From NCBI GenBank assembly GCA_951406725.2, contig OX597824.1:79422001-79486000 (forward strand): a DNA stretch of 64,000 bases, written 5' to 3'. Below are positions 1-13,632 of this stretch, piece after piece (the first letter of the stretch is position 1; each line of letters begins with the position of its first letter). This DNA comes from Octopus vulgaris (Eukaryota). The notes under the pieces were generated by a model. The model had not been told where the DNA came from, searched no databases, and worked only from the letters and a program-made list of their open reading frames with translations. Both the position numbers and the translations under genes were made by a program.

Positions 1-120
1 TAGAAACACTGCCAGATCTGACTGGCCTGGTGCAGCCTTCGGGCTTGCCAGACCCCAGTTGAACCGTCCAACCCATGCTAGCATGGAAAGCGGACGTTAA
101 ACGATGATGATGATGATGAT
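1..120 (+). mobile_element. 3' end of a (GAT)n-tailed dispersed retroposon (RTE-type 3' tail or derived SINE)
   Basis: Ends ...AACCCATGCTAGCATGGAAAGCGGACGTTAAAC(GAT)n. Related copies lie at ~21710-22225, 24900-25101, 28170-28334, 28795-28990(-), 31910-31991, 32940-33134, 37357-37870(-), 39235-39930(-), 44405-45000, 51019-51179, 51668-51830, 59963-60321 and 63905-64000. Confidence 0.85.
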
Positions 121-357
121 ACATGTTCCATAATGCCAACATGTTGTACAAGAATGAAAGTGCTTCACAAACACAGACAGACAATAATAATAATATGTAT
201 TGTAAAAGAAATGAATATATAATAGTGTGTTGTTTTTAAATGGCAAACCATCAATCTACCACCACTAGCTTTAACAAAAGATTTCAAAGGAATGTGTTAT
301 TTCCATTTTTGCTAAGAGAAAGAGATGTTTAGATATGTAGCTGGATAGCCAGACACC

Positions 358-359
<2 letters not shown>

Positions 360-414
<55 letters not shown>

Positions 415-536
415 GGATGGATGGATGGATGGATGGATGGAATGACAGATGGATGGATGGATGGATGGATGGATGGATGGATGGATGGATGGATGGATGG
501 ATGGATGGATATAGAAGCAAATAGACAAATAAAGAC

Positions 537-599
<63 letters not shown>

Positions 600-630
600 C
601 ATACAGACAGATAAGCTGACAGATAGACAA
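360..630. repeat. (GATA)n/(GGAT)n compound microsatellite
   Basis: Direct reading; explains the YLSI/HPSI pseudo-ORFs. Confidence 0.97.
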
Positions 631-2271
631 GCAGATAACCATATTGATAAACATGAAATGCCAGACTGACAGACAGATTCTGGATAAGATGGTGAAACAA
701 ATCGATAGACATAAGATACAAATGTGATTGCCTTGTTGTGCGTAGAGGCAGGCTTCCATCGTAAAGGTTGCTTGTGTCTAGACATAAAAGCCATACCAAT
801 ATTGGGAAAACATGTTGACCTAGTTGTAATTCCTATTCACACCTACATAATGCCTTGAACTACCTTCACCTTCTGTGAGAAACTGCTAAGAGGTTCTTAG
901 CAAAACCATTTTGACCCAAAACATCTTATAAAACAAAAACAAAGAAAAACATCAAGCCAATGAGAGACTCTGCATGGTTTTCTGCATAGTCACATATGAA
1001 TGGGCATATTTCGCTCAAAGCACACTCTAGAGTTTTAATTGTAGGTCACTATTTCAAAACTGAGCTGAATCTAAATGATTACAAACAAATGCATGTGTGT
1101 GTGTGTGTGTGTTGATCATTTAATGTGGCTGGAACTAGCAGAAGAGAGAGACCCAGGAAAACATGAGATGAAGTGGTGAAGGCTGACCTCAAGACCCTGA
1201 ACCTGATAGAAGAGAGGAACAAGGAGCAGGACCACTAGTAATATGAGGTTCTTGAAAGACTTGTCCTCCCCAGCGAAACACACATACACCTATATATACA
1301 TATGCACACACACACACACATATACAGTGGACATTAAACGATGATGATAATACACACGTACATGCTTAACACGTGGTTAAGAAGTTTACATTGGAACCAT
1401 GTGGCTACAGGTTCAATCCAACCACTTGGAACTTGTTGGCTGGCATCGGTTACTACAGTTGCAAGTTGACCAATACCTTGTAACTGAAAGTGATGAACAG
1501 AAACTTTGAGAAGCCCATTATAAGTGCATGTGTATACATAAATATGTATGTATTTGCATGAGTGAGTTCATATTTTCCCTCAACCTGTTTGCTGGTTGTA
1601 CACAAAAGCATCACTGTTCAAACAGACAGTGCTGTTTACTTGTAGTCCAATGCAAAAGCATGCTTGGGCTTCTTGACATGTCACACGATCTTTGTAAAGA
1701 AAGGGGCTGTTCAAACAGCATCGTTTGTTTCCAAATCTCCATGTAGCCATGTCCAAGCTGTTCACTGTTCAACAGACAAGGAGGTGGGGGTACTTCTTTG
1801 CTTGAAAACAGAAGGAAGTTGGTATCAGGAAGAGCAGCTGGCCACAGAAAACTCAGCTCCAGACATATTCTCATCTGGTCAATGTAAGTATGGAAAAGAG
1901 GATGTAAGAACAATGACAGGGTTTCATACAGTTTCCATTTACCAAATTTCATCCTCAAGACATTTATCACTTTGAAACTAGAGTAGAAAGTACTTGCCCA
2001 CAATTGTATATAATGGGATCCAATTCAAAACTGCTTGCTTGTGAAGCACATCTCTTAATCATGCAGGCATGCCTGCACTTAATATGCATTGTGTATATAC
2101 AATATATACATACAATGCATATACACAATTTTTCTATAAAGCATACACAATATATACATATATATCTTGTAATAATGTATCTATGATGTCAAAATGTATA
2201 TATGTAACTGAAAAACCAGTCTCCCTAAGTCAAAAATCATTATTTAGCTTTGCTGATGTGAACTAACTCAC

Positions 2272-2300
2272 CTGTTAGTTCAACCACCTATTCTAAAGAT
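2272..2300 (-). other. Candidate 29-nt non-coding (5'UTR-like) micro-exon
   Basis: Minus strand reads tttctctttgttttatatgttctatttcag|ATCTTTAGAATAGGTGGTTGAACTAACAG|gtgagt: a strong polypyrimidine acceptor and a consensus donor, with stops in all three frames. Confidence 0.55.
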
Positions 2301-2561
2301 CTGAAATAGAACATATAAAACAAAGAGAAAAGGAGGGAGAAGGGAAAAATACAGAGTCTAGTTTTGTGGCAGACAATTATGTACAACAGGCAGCCAACAC
2401 ATGGTCAGTTAACTTGCTGAGGAGAGTAACCAAATTTCTTAGAAATCACATTCTACCATCTTAAATAAAGGTTACATATTAACTTGTTGAAGTACAAGGT
2501 TTTGGCCGGGATAAAAAGAACTAAAAGAATAAATGTTAGCATCTCAGGGTAGTTGACTTAA

Positions 2562-2780
2562 CCCTTTCGATACCAATCCAGCTGAAACTGCCTCTGGTTC
2601 TGTAGTACAAATGATTGTTTTCATAAGTGTTGAATTAAAATCTTCCACCAAACCTTAGTCACAATTTATGTTCCTAACTCTAGCTTAATGATAACTAAGT
2701 TATTTTACTAAATTCTTGGTTACATTTAAAATTGATTGATAAAAACACAGCATCTCAAAATAAATACGATAATGAAAGGG
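2562..2780. mobile_element. piggyBac-type MITE
   Basis: TTAA on both sides (2558-2561, 2781-2784); termini CCCTTTCGATAC...GATAATGAAAGGG. A homologous copy lies at 55585-56178. Confidence 0.8.
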
Positions 2781-3644
2781 TTAAAACAATGATTCTTGAT
2801 GAACACTAGACAAAGTTTCAAAATAAATATTACTGTACACAACATTTTTTTGTCTTTTTAGAAAATTTCTTATGACATCTGTTTTAAACAGGTCATATAG
2901 AGCCCAAATATTCTACCTGTTTTATGTTCAAACCAACCAGATCTGGCTTCTCACACCTGCCCTACAATGTCATTCTCAAAATAAACAAACATCATTAAAA
3001 TCTCGGTGCTACAAAATAATGCAGGATTAATTCAAAACAATGTGAATAAATAAGCATTACATATGACAGTAATCTGAATGCTAAAGGGTCAAACCTAAGA
3101 TAAATTCTTTAAAAAAGTTTGACAATTTTTTTTTTTTTCAATCCCACGTGTTTGTTCCACCTTAACAGTAAACCTTCATTTTGTTTTTGTTGTTTCTAAC
3201 TGTAAACTCCTATGTCTATGTGAAAGACACATAACTGTAAAAAAGTAATTTGTAAAACTTCTGAACTGAAACATAACTGTAAGTTACATATTCTAAGTAG
3301 AAAAGATGGGAAGCAAAACATGAAAAGTATTGAAATTCTCAGAAAGATTTTTTTTTCCCTACAGAATCATTATTTCTGATGATTAAAACAGAAATCTGAA
3401 TAAATCTTCACAAAACAGAAAATAAAATGAGTCACAAGATGTTCCTTGATTTAAAACTCTACCAGACAAAGTTGGAGTGCCGGACATAACCAACCTTGTA
3501 TCACTGCACAAACAAGGAGCACCCAATTTCCTGGAAAGAATAATTGGAGATCTTTGTTGCCTCTGCATTTGAGGACATGACAGGAAAAGCATCAAGCTGT
3601 AGAAAACATGCCTCAAAAAGTCTCTTCTGATATACACCCAGACC

Positions 3645-3675
<31 letters not shown>

Positions 3676-3894
3676 AAAAAAGGAACCAAGAAGTGGACCG
3701 AAACGACGAATCGGAACGAACCTGATGCGGAGCGCTGTCAGACAATAAGGTGATAAATAAAAATATATGCATACATACAAACATATATGTACGTACCTAC
3801 ATCTACATGTATATATACATGCATATATAAATAATTATACGTGAGTACAGGACATCACAATAAGATGTAGAAACGGAAAAAATATATATATATA

Positions 3895-4090
3895 TGAGGG
3901 GTTCTGAAAAGTTCCTGGTTTTGAGTAAAAGAAAATACAGGGTCAGTTGATCGATTTTATTCAAAATATTCCTCTCTCAGATTCACACACTTATGGTAGT
4001 GGTCCTTCAGTTTTTCTAAAGCCCTGTAAAAGAGCTCAGAAGATTGGTCCTCCAATACCCTTAAAGCCAGGAACTTTTCAGCAACCCTCA
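3895..4090. mobile_element. mariner-type MITE
   Basis: Terminal inverted repeats TGAGGGGTTCTGAAAAGTTCCTGG / CCAGGAACTTTTCAGCAACCCTCA, with TA on the left flank. Confidence 0.75.
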
Positions 4091-5329
4091 TGTGTGTATG
4101 TGTGTGTGTATTATATATATACACACATGTACATGTGTGTGTGTGTGTCTGTACATATGTATATTTATATATGTGTATGCATTATTAAAGCAGCGCGCCA
4201 GCATGGCCGCAGTCCAATGACTGAAACAAGTAAATGAATAAAAGAATCTATGCCTATATGTGTGTATGTAAGTATGTATATACATACATACATACTTCTC
4301 TGCCATTGCCATCTCCCTTTCTCATCCCTCCTGCCAGCACTGTCATTCAACCATTACTCCCCACATCTACCACCCTCTTAATCTGTTTTTCCCATCAAAT
4401 TCTTGGTTCCTTCACATACACAGTCTAGTCCTTCTGTCACTGCTCTCAAATTCGCCTTCTTGGTCATGCTACAAAGGCATCATGGAATAAATAGTAAGGA
4501 CTCTTAACTTTACAGAGCACAAAGTAATCTCACTAATGCTAATGTCACAATAAAACATAGCAGTACACTTTAAAGCTGTTGGCATATGAGCAGCTACAGT
4601 GTAGAGTCAAGAAAACTCCATTAGTCTGGCTAAGAACATGACAACCTCCTTAGTGTAGGTTCCAGCAGAAAATGCATTCACCACATCCAGTTAAGTGGTT
4701 GGTGTTAGAAAGAACATTTGGTTATTGAAACTATGCCAAAACTTGAATATACAAATAAAATATGGCCTTCTGGCCCATCTAGGAGAGCAGTAACTCCAAC
4801 TAAGAAATGAATTAACCACGACGACCCATCCAATTTATGTAAGAATGCTGTGAGGATATCTCATCGTTAGTTTTAAGGCAGCGAATTGGCAGAATCATAA
4901 GAAAGCTGGAAAAAATATTTAGCAACATCTAGTCTATCTTTATGTTCTGAGTTTATCCTTTTGGGCTTCTTCAATAAAATAAGTAACAGTTGAACATTAA
5001 GGTTGATATAATCAACTTATCCTCTTCCCTGGAATTGCTGTCCTTGTGCCAAAATTTGATACCATTATTTTTTTTTTATATCAGCTTTCTCCAAATGAGC
5101 CTGGGTTGGATAAGACTTCTTGAAGGTGTGAATCAGGTCACCAAGCCTTTTGTTTTTCAAAGGTACTTTTCATTCCACTGGAATTTGTACATCAAACAGC
5201 AATAATATGGAAGCAATCTTTTTTTTTTTTGTGCTTGTTTTTTTTACAGAACGAAAACACAGTGGGGGGTGGGTGGCCAAAGGGATCTCAGAGAGTAGAG
5301 TCCCTGCCTTCCTGAGCTAGTTTTCCATC

Positions 5330-5610
5330 ACATTTCTTAAAAATCGTGGTAGGGACATTGGTCTCGGAACCACTCATGTCTAGAAACTGAGGTTGGGGGG
5401 TAAGCAAGGGCATGCTCCCCATAGAAAATCCTGCTCCAAAAAAGCCTCATGATAGCAAAGGAGAATATGGGTACCAGCCAGCCCAAACGTTGGGGTGGGC
5501 AGCACCTGCGTACATCAGTTGCTATGGCATTGAAGTAAATCCAGCCACCCCCCGTTAACGGGGACAAAACCTGGATTTAAAACACTGGATGATGATGATG
5601 ATGATGATGA
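5330..5610 (+). mobile_element. Second (GAT)n-tailed retroposon fragment
   Basis: GC-richer block with a GGGGTAAGCAAGGGCATGCTCCC core resembling the RTE-type tail; ends in (GAT)n. Confidence 0.5.
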
Positions 5611-5918
5611 GAACAAAAGTTACTGCTGCCCAACAGGTACCTATGTGAACACAGGCAAAGACAAATGTATACACATATATTTACACAGACATATGTATAC
5701 GATGGCTTTTGGTACAATCTCTCTCTGCATACCAAGTTTTACTCCCGGTCAGCTCAAGGCAAATAGGTGCTAATCCAAGGCGTATAAAGTGGACCCAAAA
5801 AATTCGTGGTTGTGAAGTGAACCTTCAGCACCTTGTACACACACATATATATACATACATACATACACACACACATATATATACATACATACACACACAC
5901 ACACCCACATATATATAG

Positions 5919-5952
<34 letters not shown>

Positions 5953-6258
5953 ATATATTAATGTTTGTTTTTATGTTCAATTATAACAATTTTATATTAA
6001 TCTTTATACTTTTGTATAGTACAAATGTATTACTCTTAAACAAAGTATATCAGTGGCAGTGATTTCGAAGTTTCGGCTAGCTAAGCCATCGTTACATACA
6101 TACATACAAACTGAGGCATATACTTTTTTATATACACACACACATGCATGTATACATACATACAAACGTGTGTCTATGTAACAACTGTAGGTTAATCCTT
6201 AAGATTTACCGCCTTATTCTTATCGAGAACCTTTAAAAACAAATACAAGGAAAGTACT

Positions 6259-6862
6259 ACATACACGTACTCCATCCAATAATTGAAAACTAAATTAGCT
6301 ACAATAGTTCAGAAAAAAATAAATAAAACCTGATTACATGATACATGAAATAGCAGCCAAATCTTCCCTCAAATCACTCCATACACGTATTCCATCCAAT
6401 AATTGAAAACTAAATTAGCTACAATTGTTCAGAAAAAAATAAATAAATCAGAACCTGAATACATGATACATGAAATAGCAGCCAAATCTTCCCTCAAATC
6501 ACTCCATACACGTATTCCATCCAATAATTGAAAACTAAATTAGCTACAATTGTTCAGAAAAAAATAAATAAATCAGAACCTGAATACATGATACATGAAA
6601 TAGCAGCCAAATCTTCCCTCAAATCACTCCATACACGTATTCCATCCAAATAATTGAAAACTAAATTAGCTACAATTGTTCAGAAAAAATAAATAAAACC
6701 TGATTACATGATACATGAAATAGCAGCCAAATCTTCCCTCAAATCACTCCATCCAAATAATTGAAAACTAAATTAGCTACAAATTGTTCAGAAAAAAAAT
6801 AATAAAACCTGATTACATGATACATGAAATAGCAGCCAAATCTTCCCTCAAATCACTCCATA
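6259..6862. repeat. ~120-125 bp tandem repeat, about 5 copies
   Basis: Unit CATACACGTATTCCATCCAATAATTGAAAACTAAATTAGCTAC...GAAATAGCAGCCAAATCTTCCCTCAAATCACTC starts at ~6259, 6379, 6504, 6629 and 6749. Confidence 0.95.
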
Positions 6863-7163
6863 AAAATATTCAAATTTTTTCCATTTAAATATATATCTCC
6901 CACTCTTACATAGAATCAACCGTCCCTTACAAGAAAAAAAAAAGGGGGAAGAAAGAAAAGAAAATAGCTTTTGAAAGCTGAAATCTCATTTGTTTACAAT
7001 GTACATGTGCGTGCGTGTGTACGTACGTGTATTTTAGAATCCTGTCGCTTTTTTGGGGGTTTTTTTTTTTTTTTTTTTTGGTTTTTAAGATAATATAGTT
7101 GCAGGGGAGAGGCGTGATACAATGAGATGCGATATAATCACATCACAACGAGGAAACCATTAC

Positions 7164-7480
7164 CAAAGAGTGTTTTTCTCCAGCTGCGTTAAGAGATGGT
7201 GATAGGTTTTGCTGTATTTACTCGAGATGTAGATGATGGTTGGCTGGCTGGCTGGCAGGCTGGCCGGCCGGCAGAGCTGGTCGGTTGGTTGGTTGGTTGG
7301 TTTGCTGGCTGACTGACTGATTGGGTAATCTCGGGTCGATAAGACGTGCTATATAATATATACCAAGCAATTCCTGCATCACCAATAAACAAATACGATA
7401 CCACCAGCCACTCTTGACATCGACCACCATGACACAATCATCGTTCGATATATTTATCTCCACACACAGACAGTCAGTCA
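7164..7480 (-). promoter_or_regulatory. Candidate first exon / promoter-like CpG-containing island
   Basis: Unique CpG-retaining sequence ending in a minus-strand donor TTG|gtaatg at 7164. The upstream edge is not defined. Confidence 0.3.
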
Positions 7481-10177
7481 GTCACTCAGAAAAATCAATC
7501 GAAGATCCCCAATATGTGATGAGGTAAAAGCTAGATCGACAAGGAAAAGTAGTTTTAGCTTGTGGAAAGTAATCTATAAAAGAGGTAATCTACGAGCCAA
7601 CAAAGAAATAGCAGTCAAAACCCTCTTTAAGTATAAAAAAGAAGGATGTAGTCCTAAACACACAAAGCATGAAAATGGAAAACAAAACAGGACTGTCACG
7701 GCCAGACCGCCTTTCATAGGCCTGATTGGTTACACCTGGCCTTTTTTAAAGAAAAGGATTAATGTGGTCTTATAAACACTATGTCTGAAAAAAAAAAAAA
7801 CAAAGAAAATAAACGGGATTGTCACGGCTGGAATTTCGTTCATACGTGTCTGCTTGATCAGAGCTGACCTGTGGACTAGACAGTAACTACTAATACTAAC
7901 CGGTGACAAAAATTTAGTGTGCTTATTTGGCCTTATTAGAAATAGCAGCCAAATCTCCCCCTCAAATCAATCCATAAAAAAGAATGGTCACGCTTGGAAT
8001 GATAGAATGATAAACCTGTTCGATCAGGATGAATTGGGAGCTTAGCATCATCATCAACAACAACAACTAAAAGGAATTAAGCTACTGTGAACATGACATC
8101 AACAGTTCAGGATAACAGCTTTTGTGCTGCTCCGGAAGAAAAAAACGACTAAATTCAATCATGTTTCTAACGGTCTGCAAAATCTACTTATTACCACAGG
8201 GTTGCCACAGTGGAACCTGAATGTGGTTGCAATATCTGCTAGAAACAGCAGCCAATATCATTCAAATTCATTCAAATAACAACTTCAAATGAAGACTGAC
8301 ACATTTTGGACAATGTAATCTCAACTACTACAACTACTGCTGCTTTGGAAGCTAGCTCAGTCAATAGGTCTGCTGGAAATAGCAGCCAAATTCCCCTTCT
8401 AATGACTACTTATCATCATAAAAAAAAGGACACGTGTAGTCTTGGATATTCTATGTCTAAAGAAAGAGAAAACAATTATGGACACAGTCTGAATGACTTT
8501 GATCATACTCAATCAGAAATGGGGTGGAGGAACATCAACAACAAAAAGACGAAATAGTTTATGTATGAAAAATAATTTCTTAATTTGACACAAAGCAGAA
8601 ATTGTAATGAATGAGGACGTGAACTGGATAAAATTGATTATCAATCAATATTTAATTGTTTACAAGGCGGCGAGCTGGCAGAATCGTTAAGCACTCCGGG
8701 AGAAATGCCGCTACGTTCTGAGTTCAAATTCCTCCGAGATCGACTTTGCGTTCAGGGGGTCGATATAATGGACTTGCCCCCCACTCCACCCCCGACCTTG
8801 CAGGTCTTGTGCCATTTGAAATCAATATTTAACTGAGATTGTTTTGTTTGTTTGTTTTTATTTCATCGATTCCGGGGCGGATAAAAAGCAACTTTGACCT
8901 CAAACTGGTGCTGTAAAATACCAGTTATGTATTGAGGTCGTTTTAGAGTGGGAAGGATATCATCAATGAAATAGGCCGAATAAAATTCAATTGCAATTAT
9001 ATTTTATCGACCCTCGGGAGGATTTAAAAAAAAAAAAACTTGAACCATGGCGGGAAACAAGTTGAAACATGTTCAATGCTAGAAATCATTTGTTGACTTC
9101 ATTGTGATTTGAACTCGTAACTTCAGGGTTTGTAACTGAATACTGCAAGGCTTTTTTTGACCGGCGCTCTTTGAACAATCTACAAACCCTGCTTCTGACA
9201 GTAGCGTTAGACTACATATTTAGAGAGAATACAATCGATTTAAATCGATCGATTCTCAAATACTTGAAAGGAATTTCCTCTGTCTACGAAGGAAACATCA
9301 CGGGCAAAGATGATTTTGGCGGGATTTGAACAGGGATAACAACAGATGGACACTTTATCTACAAGAACTTAATCCGGCAATGAAAATAAAATGACAAAAT
9401 CAACAAGGCACTGAGAAAAGTTTCCATTACATTTTTTTTTTTTTTACATATTCACGAATTTGAATTTTTTTTTTTTCGTAATTACGCAAATATTTCGAAA
9501 CAGAGACAAGAACGTTTGGTTATATCTATTTACAACAGTACACAAATAAATACAACTTACACACACAGTGTAGCCTGCAAACTGACTGGTTAAGAATTTC
9601 GCTTCGCAAAATCACAGGGTCTTGGGTTTGACCCCACAATGTGGGATCTTGAGCAACTGTTATTTTCAATACCTTTAAATCGATCCAATTCGGGGTAGAC
9701 GGAGATTTGAATGAATAACAGGTGGATTAAGCAGCAATTCAAAAAGTAGAGCCTTAACACACAAGTGTCAAAGCGAAATCTACCTTAGAAATTACGTTAA
9801 GAAGTGGGTCCACGTGTCTGTAGAGTGCTCCAGCCACTTACGACTGAGTAGATGTTAGATGTGATGTTGTATATATATTGTATAAAATGAAAATATCTAT
9901 GATGATATATATAGATTTTATGGAACGGATATGATGTTAAAAATAGATGTGATGTTATGAGTGTGGGCTTTAACGGATACGAATACACACATTACATATA
10001 TATTAGACATGATATTACATGTATAGATGATGCTATAGGAACAGAGAAAAACAAAGAAAAACAGCTACTTACACGGTATTTTGGTAGAATCATATATAGA
10101 CAGGGGGGTGAGTGAGCAATGGAAAGAGGCATTGAACAAGTTTACAAGGAATTACATATATTATTATTATTTAAAAT

Positions 10178-10305
10178 AGTTGATTCGGTCCCATGTAAAT
10201 AAAAAGGTTTCGTACGCTTCTTACAGAAAACCTGAGCCCGACGAGTTTAGGGTTCAGTAAGAAGCCGACGAAGCTTTAAAGTTGCATGGGGCCGAAAATC
10301 AAACT
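10178..10305 (+). ncRNA. Long G-U-rich hairpin (candidate structured RNA or pri-miRNA-like stem)
   Basis: Nested helices TTCGGTCCCATGTAA/TTGCATGGGGCCGAA, AAGGTTTCGT/ACGAAGCTTT, GCTTCTTAC/GTAAGAAGC and CCTGAGC/GTTTAGG. Confidence 0.45.
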
Positions 10306-10309
10306 TGTT

Positions 10310-10536
10310 TTCTTTTCTACTATAGGCACAAGATCTGAAATTTGGGGGAGAGGGGTTGGTCGATTACAATCGGACCCAGTGCTCAACTGGTACTTAATTT
10401 ATCGATTGCGAAAGAATGAAAAACAAAGTCGACCTCGGTGGAATTTGAACTCAGAATGTAGCGACAGACGAAATACCGCTAAACATTTCGCCCGGCATGC
10501 TAACGATTCTCCCAGATCGCTACCTTAATAACAATG

Positions 10537-10579
<43 letters not shown>

Positions 10580-12800
10580 TATACATATTTATATATATAA
10601 ATATCCATATATACATGCATATGCATATAGATATATAAGCATAACTACAGATTCCTGCCCCCATGCAACTATACGTATATATATATATATATACATGTGC
10701 ATATACATATATATATATATACACATGCATATATATATACACACATGCATATATACATATATACACACATGCATGCATATATATATATATATATACACAT
10801 GCATATATACATATATATATATATACATACACATGCATATATACATATATATATATACATACATACATATATATACACATATATATATACATATATATAT
10901 ATACACATTTATATATATATACTATATATACACACACATATATACATATATATATATAACCCTTTATTAAATTATTTACATCGTAAACTTTGCGAATTAA
11001 GAGTCTAGTAAAACATAGATTCGCATATAAAGATACATTTTCATAGATTATTTCAATGATCATCAACAAGTAACAAACACAAAAGCTGGTTTTCATCACC
11101 ACCTCCACCACCCTCGCCACTCTCAGATTTCTTAATTGAAATTACAAAGAATAACAAATATAAATAATAATGAAAAAAAAAATATATTGATTTCTGATAT
11201 AGGTACATGGCCTCAAATCTTTAACAGGAAGCCAGTCGATTATATTATGCCTCCAGTTGCTTCTTGACTTAGTTTATTGAATATGGAAAGGTGAAAGACA
11301 ACGGTAATATGGAGCGGAACTTGAAATCAAAACGTCAAGTACCTATTTCTTTATTACCCACAAGGGGCTAAAACACAGAGGGGACAAACAAGGACAGACA
11401 TAGGTATTAAGTCGATTACATCGACCCCAGTGCGTAACTGGTACTTAATTTATCGACCCCGAAAGGATGAAAGGCAAAGTCGACCTCGGCGTCAAGTACC
11501 GTAAATAAATAGTGCAAGGTATTTTCAACCAAACCACAACACTGAATAATCTATAAATGCCTTTTTTTTATGGGAGTATTGAATCCAACGTCAGTACTTT
11601 GGTACTTTATTTTATCGACCAGTGGAAGAAATGATCACACAACAAAATTCGAACTCAGAACATTGGCGCAATAATAATAATAATGGCTTCGAAATTTTCG
11701 TACAAAGCCAACAAGTTCGAGGGAGCGGGGCCCAGTCGATTAACATTGATCCCAATACTCAACTGGTACTTATTTTACTGACCCCGAACCGAAAGGATGA
11801 AAGGCAAAAATCAACCTGGGGGCAGAATTTAAAACTCAGAACGTAAATACGGACGAAATGCCGCTAAGCACTTTCTCCGGCGTGCTAACGATTCTGCCAG
11901 CTTTGCCGCCTTAATAATAATGTTTCAAATTTCGGCACAGGGCCAGCAATTTTAAGGCGGGGCGCAGGGGTAACCACATCGAATCCCAAAACTTGACCGG
12001 TATATTATTTTATCAACCCCCGAGTGGATGACAGGGATAGCTGACCTCGGCGGCATTTGAACTTACAGCGTAATAAGAGTCGGCAGAAGTTAAATTTTGA
12101 CACAAGGCCAGCATTTAAAGAGGGAGGGGCTTCTTTGACACCATCGTTCCCTCCCTCCCAGTAGTTTGGCTGGTATTATTTTATCGATTCCGGAGGAGAG
12201 AGAAAGTTGACCTCGCCTGGATTTGAACTCAGAACCGTGAAAGAGCCACAAAAAATACCGCAAGGTATTTTTCTCCAACACATTCGCGATTCTGCCAGTT
12301 CACTTGCCTTGGTTTACTGTTTCTAACATAACCACAAAGGCCTTGAAATTCTGGAGGAGGAGAATAGTCTCCAAATCTAGACTGGTATGCTATTTATTCT
12401 AACGATCCCGGAAAGATATAAAAGACAAAGCTGACTTTGGTGGGGATTGAACTAAGAACGTAAAGAACCGTAAGAAATATTGTAAAGTAATCTTGTTCGA
12501 GGCTAAGAGTTTCTAAAAGAGGTACAAAGCTCGAAATTTACAGGAAGTAGGTTAGTCAATTATATGGACCCTCAAGTACTCGATTTTATTTTATCGACCC
12601 CGGAAATAATAATATCTGATAAAAGCACAAGGCCACACACATATCTTATAGGCGGGGAAGTGTATTTCAATAAAACCCGACCTCAATATCTTGACTTGGT
12701 ACTCGATTTTAACGATCCTACTACTACCACCAGCTACCCCGGGTAGATGAAAAAGCAGGTTTGAGCAAGGCGGGAAGTATATTCTTCCGGGAAGAGGAGG
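10310..12800 (-). mobile_element. Cluster of co-oriented SINE copies (family with head GGCGGCGAGCTGGCAGAA and core CCGAGGTCGACTTTGCCTTTCATCC)
   Basis: Repeated TTTATCGACCCCGAAAGGATGAAAGGCAAAGTCGACCTCGG...GAATTTGAACTCAGAAC at varying divergence. Other copies: ~8665-8830(+), 17862-18065(+), 25550-25660(-), 43350-43560(-), 45505-45835(-), 53990-54090(+), 54322-54735(+). Confidence 0.85.
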
Positions 12801-13203
12801 AGGATAAAATATATAAAAGCAGACAAGACATGGACGAGGATTGATTTCAAAATCAATTATTATCACTACTATATATATATATACCTCTTCTCCGTCGATT
12901 TGAGATTTGTATGTTTATCTTTATAAAAAAAAAAAAAAATCGACAATTACCATCATTATAGAAATAATAATTAAAAAATTATTTGAAAAAGTTGTTAAGA
13001 GGAAACCCCCACATAATTAACAAATGAAATGGAGACATGTAATCTGTCCTTGTAATGTCTCTCCATTTGCCGTCCTTGTGGCAAATAAATGATTATGATC
13101 ATTACCATCATAAAACTATAGAAATCATATACATACACACATGCACTACATACATATATATATAAATATATATATATATATTCAAGGATATTAATATGTA
13201 TAT

Positions 13204-13259
<56 letters not shown>

Positions 13260-13344
13260 GTATGTGAGTGCCCCAGCATGGCCACAGTCTAATGACTGAC
13301 AAATGAAAGATATATATTAAAGGATATTAATATGCATAAATATA

Positions 13345-13422
13345 TATATATTATACACAAAAATGTGTGCGTGTATATATATACATACATACGTATATAT
13401 TATACACAAAAGCGTGTGTGTG

Positions 13423-13453
<31 letters not shown>

Positions 13454-13632
13454 GTAGGTAGGTAGATACGAACATATACATAGGCTAGGGTAAATATACA
13501 TATATATTATACACAAAAATGTGTGCGTGTATATATATACATACATACGTATATATTATACACAAAAGCGTGTGTATATATATATATATATAGGTAGATA
13601 GATACGAACATATACATAGGTTAGGGTAAATA
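13345..13632. repeat. Direct tandem duplication, two copies of ~130-155 bp
   Basis: TATTATACACAAAAATGTGTGCGTG...GATACGAACATATACATAGGYTAGGGTAAATA occurs twice. Confidence 0.85.

Noticed and set aside
1528-2003. Overlapping 60-130 aa ORFs in non-microsatellite sequence
   Set aside because: No recognisable domain or convincing splice sites; probably decayed repeat or intron.
3370-3410. CTGATGA...GAAA hammerhead-like spacing (also 51449 and 52504)
   Set aside because: No stem II or convincing stem I/III pairing.
6259-6862. CRISPR-like periodicity (also 39537-39845)
   Set aside because: Whole units repeat with no unique spacers; eukaryotic context and no cas genes.
13027-13068. Small hairpin AAATGGAGACAT/ATGTCTCTCCATTT
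   Set aside because: The stem is too short for a miRNA precursor and could occur by chance.
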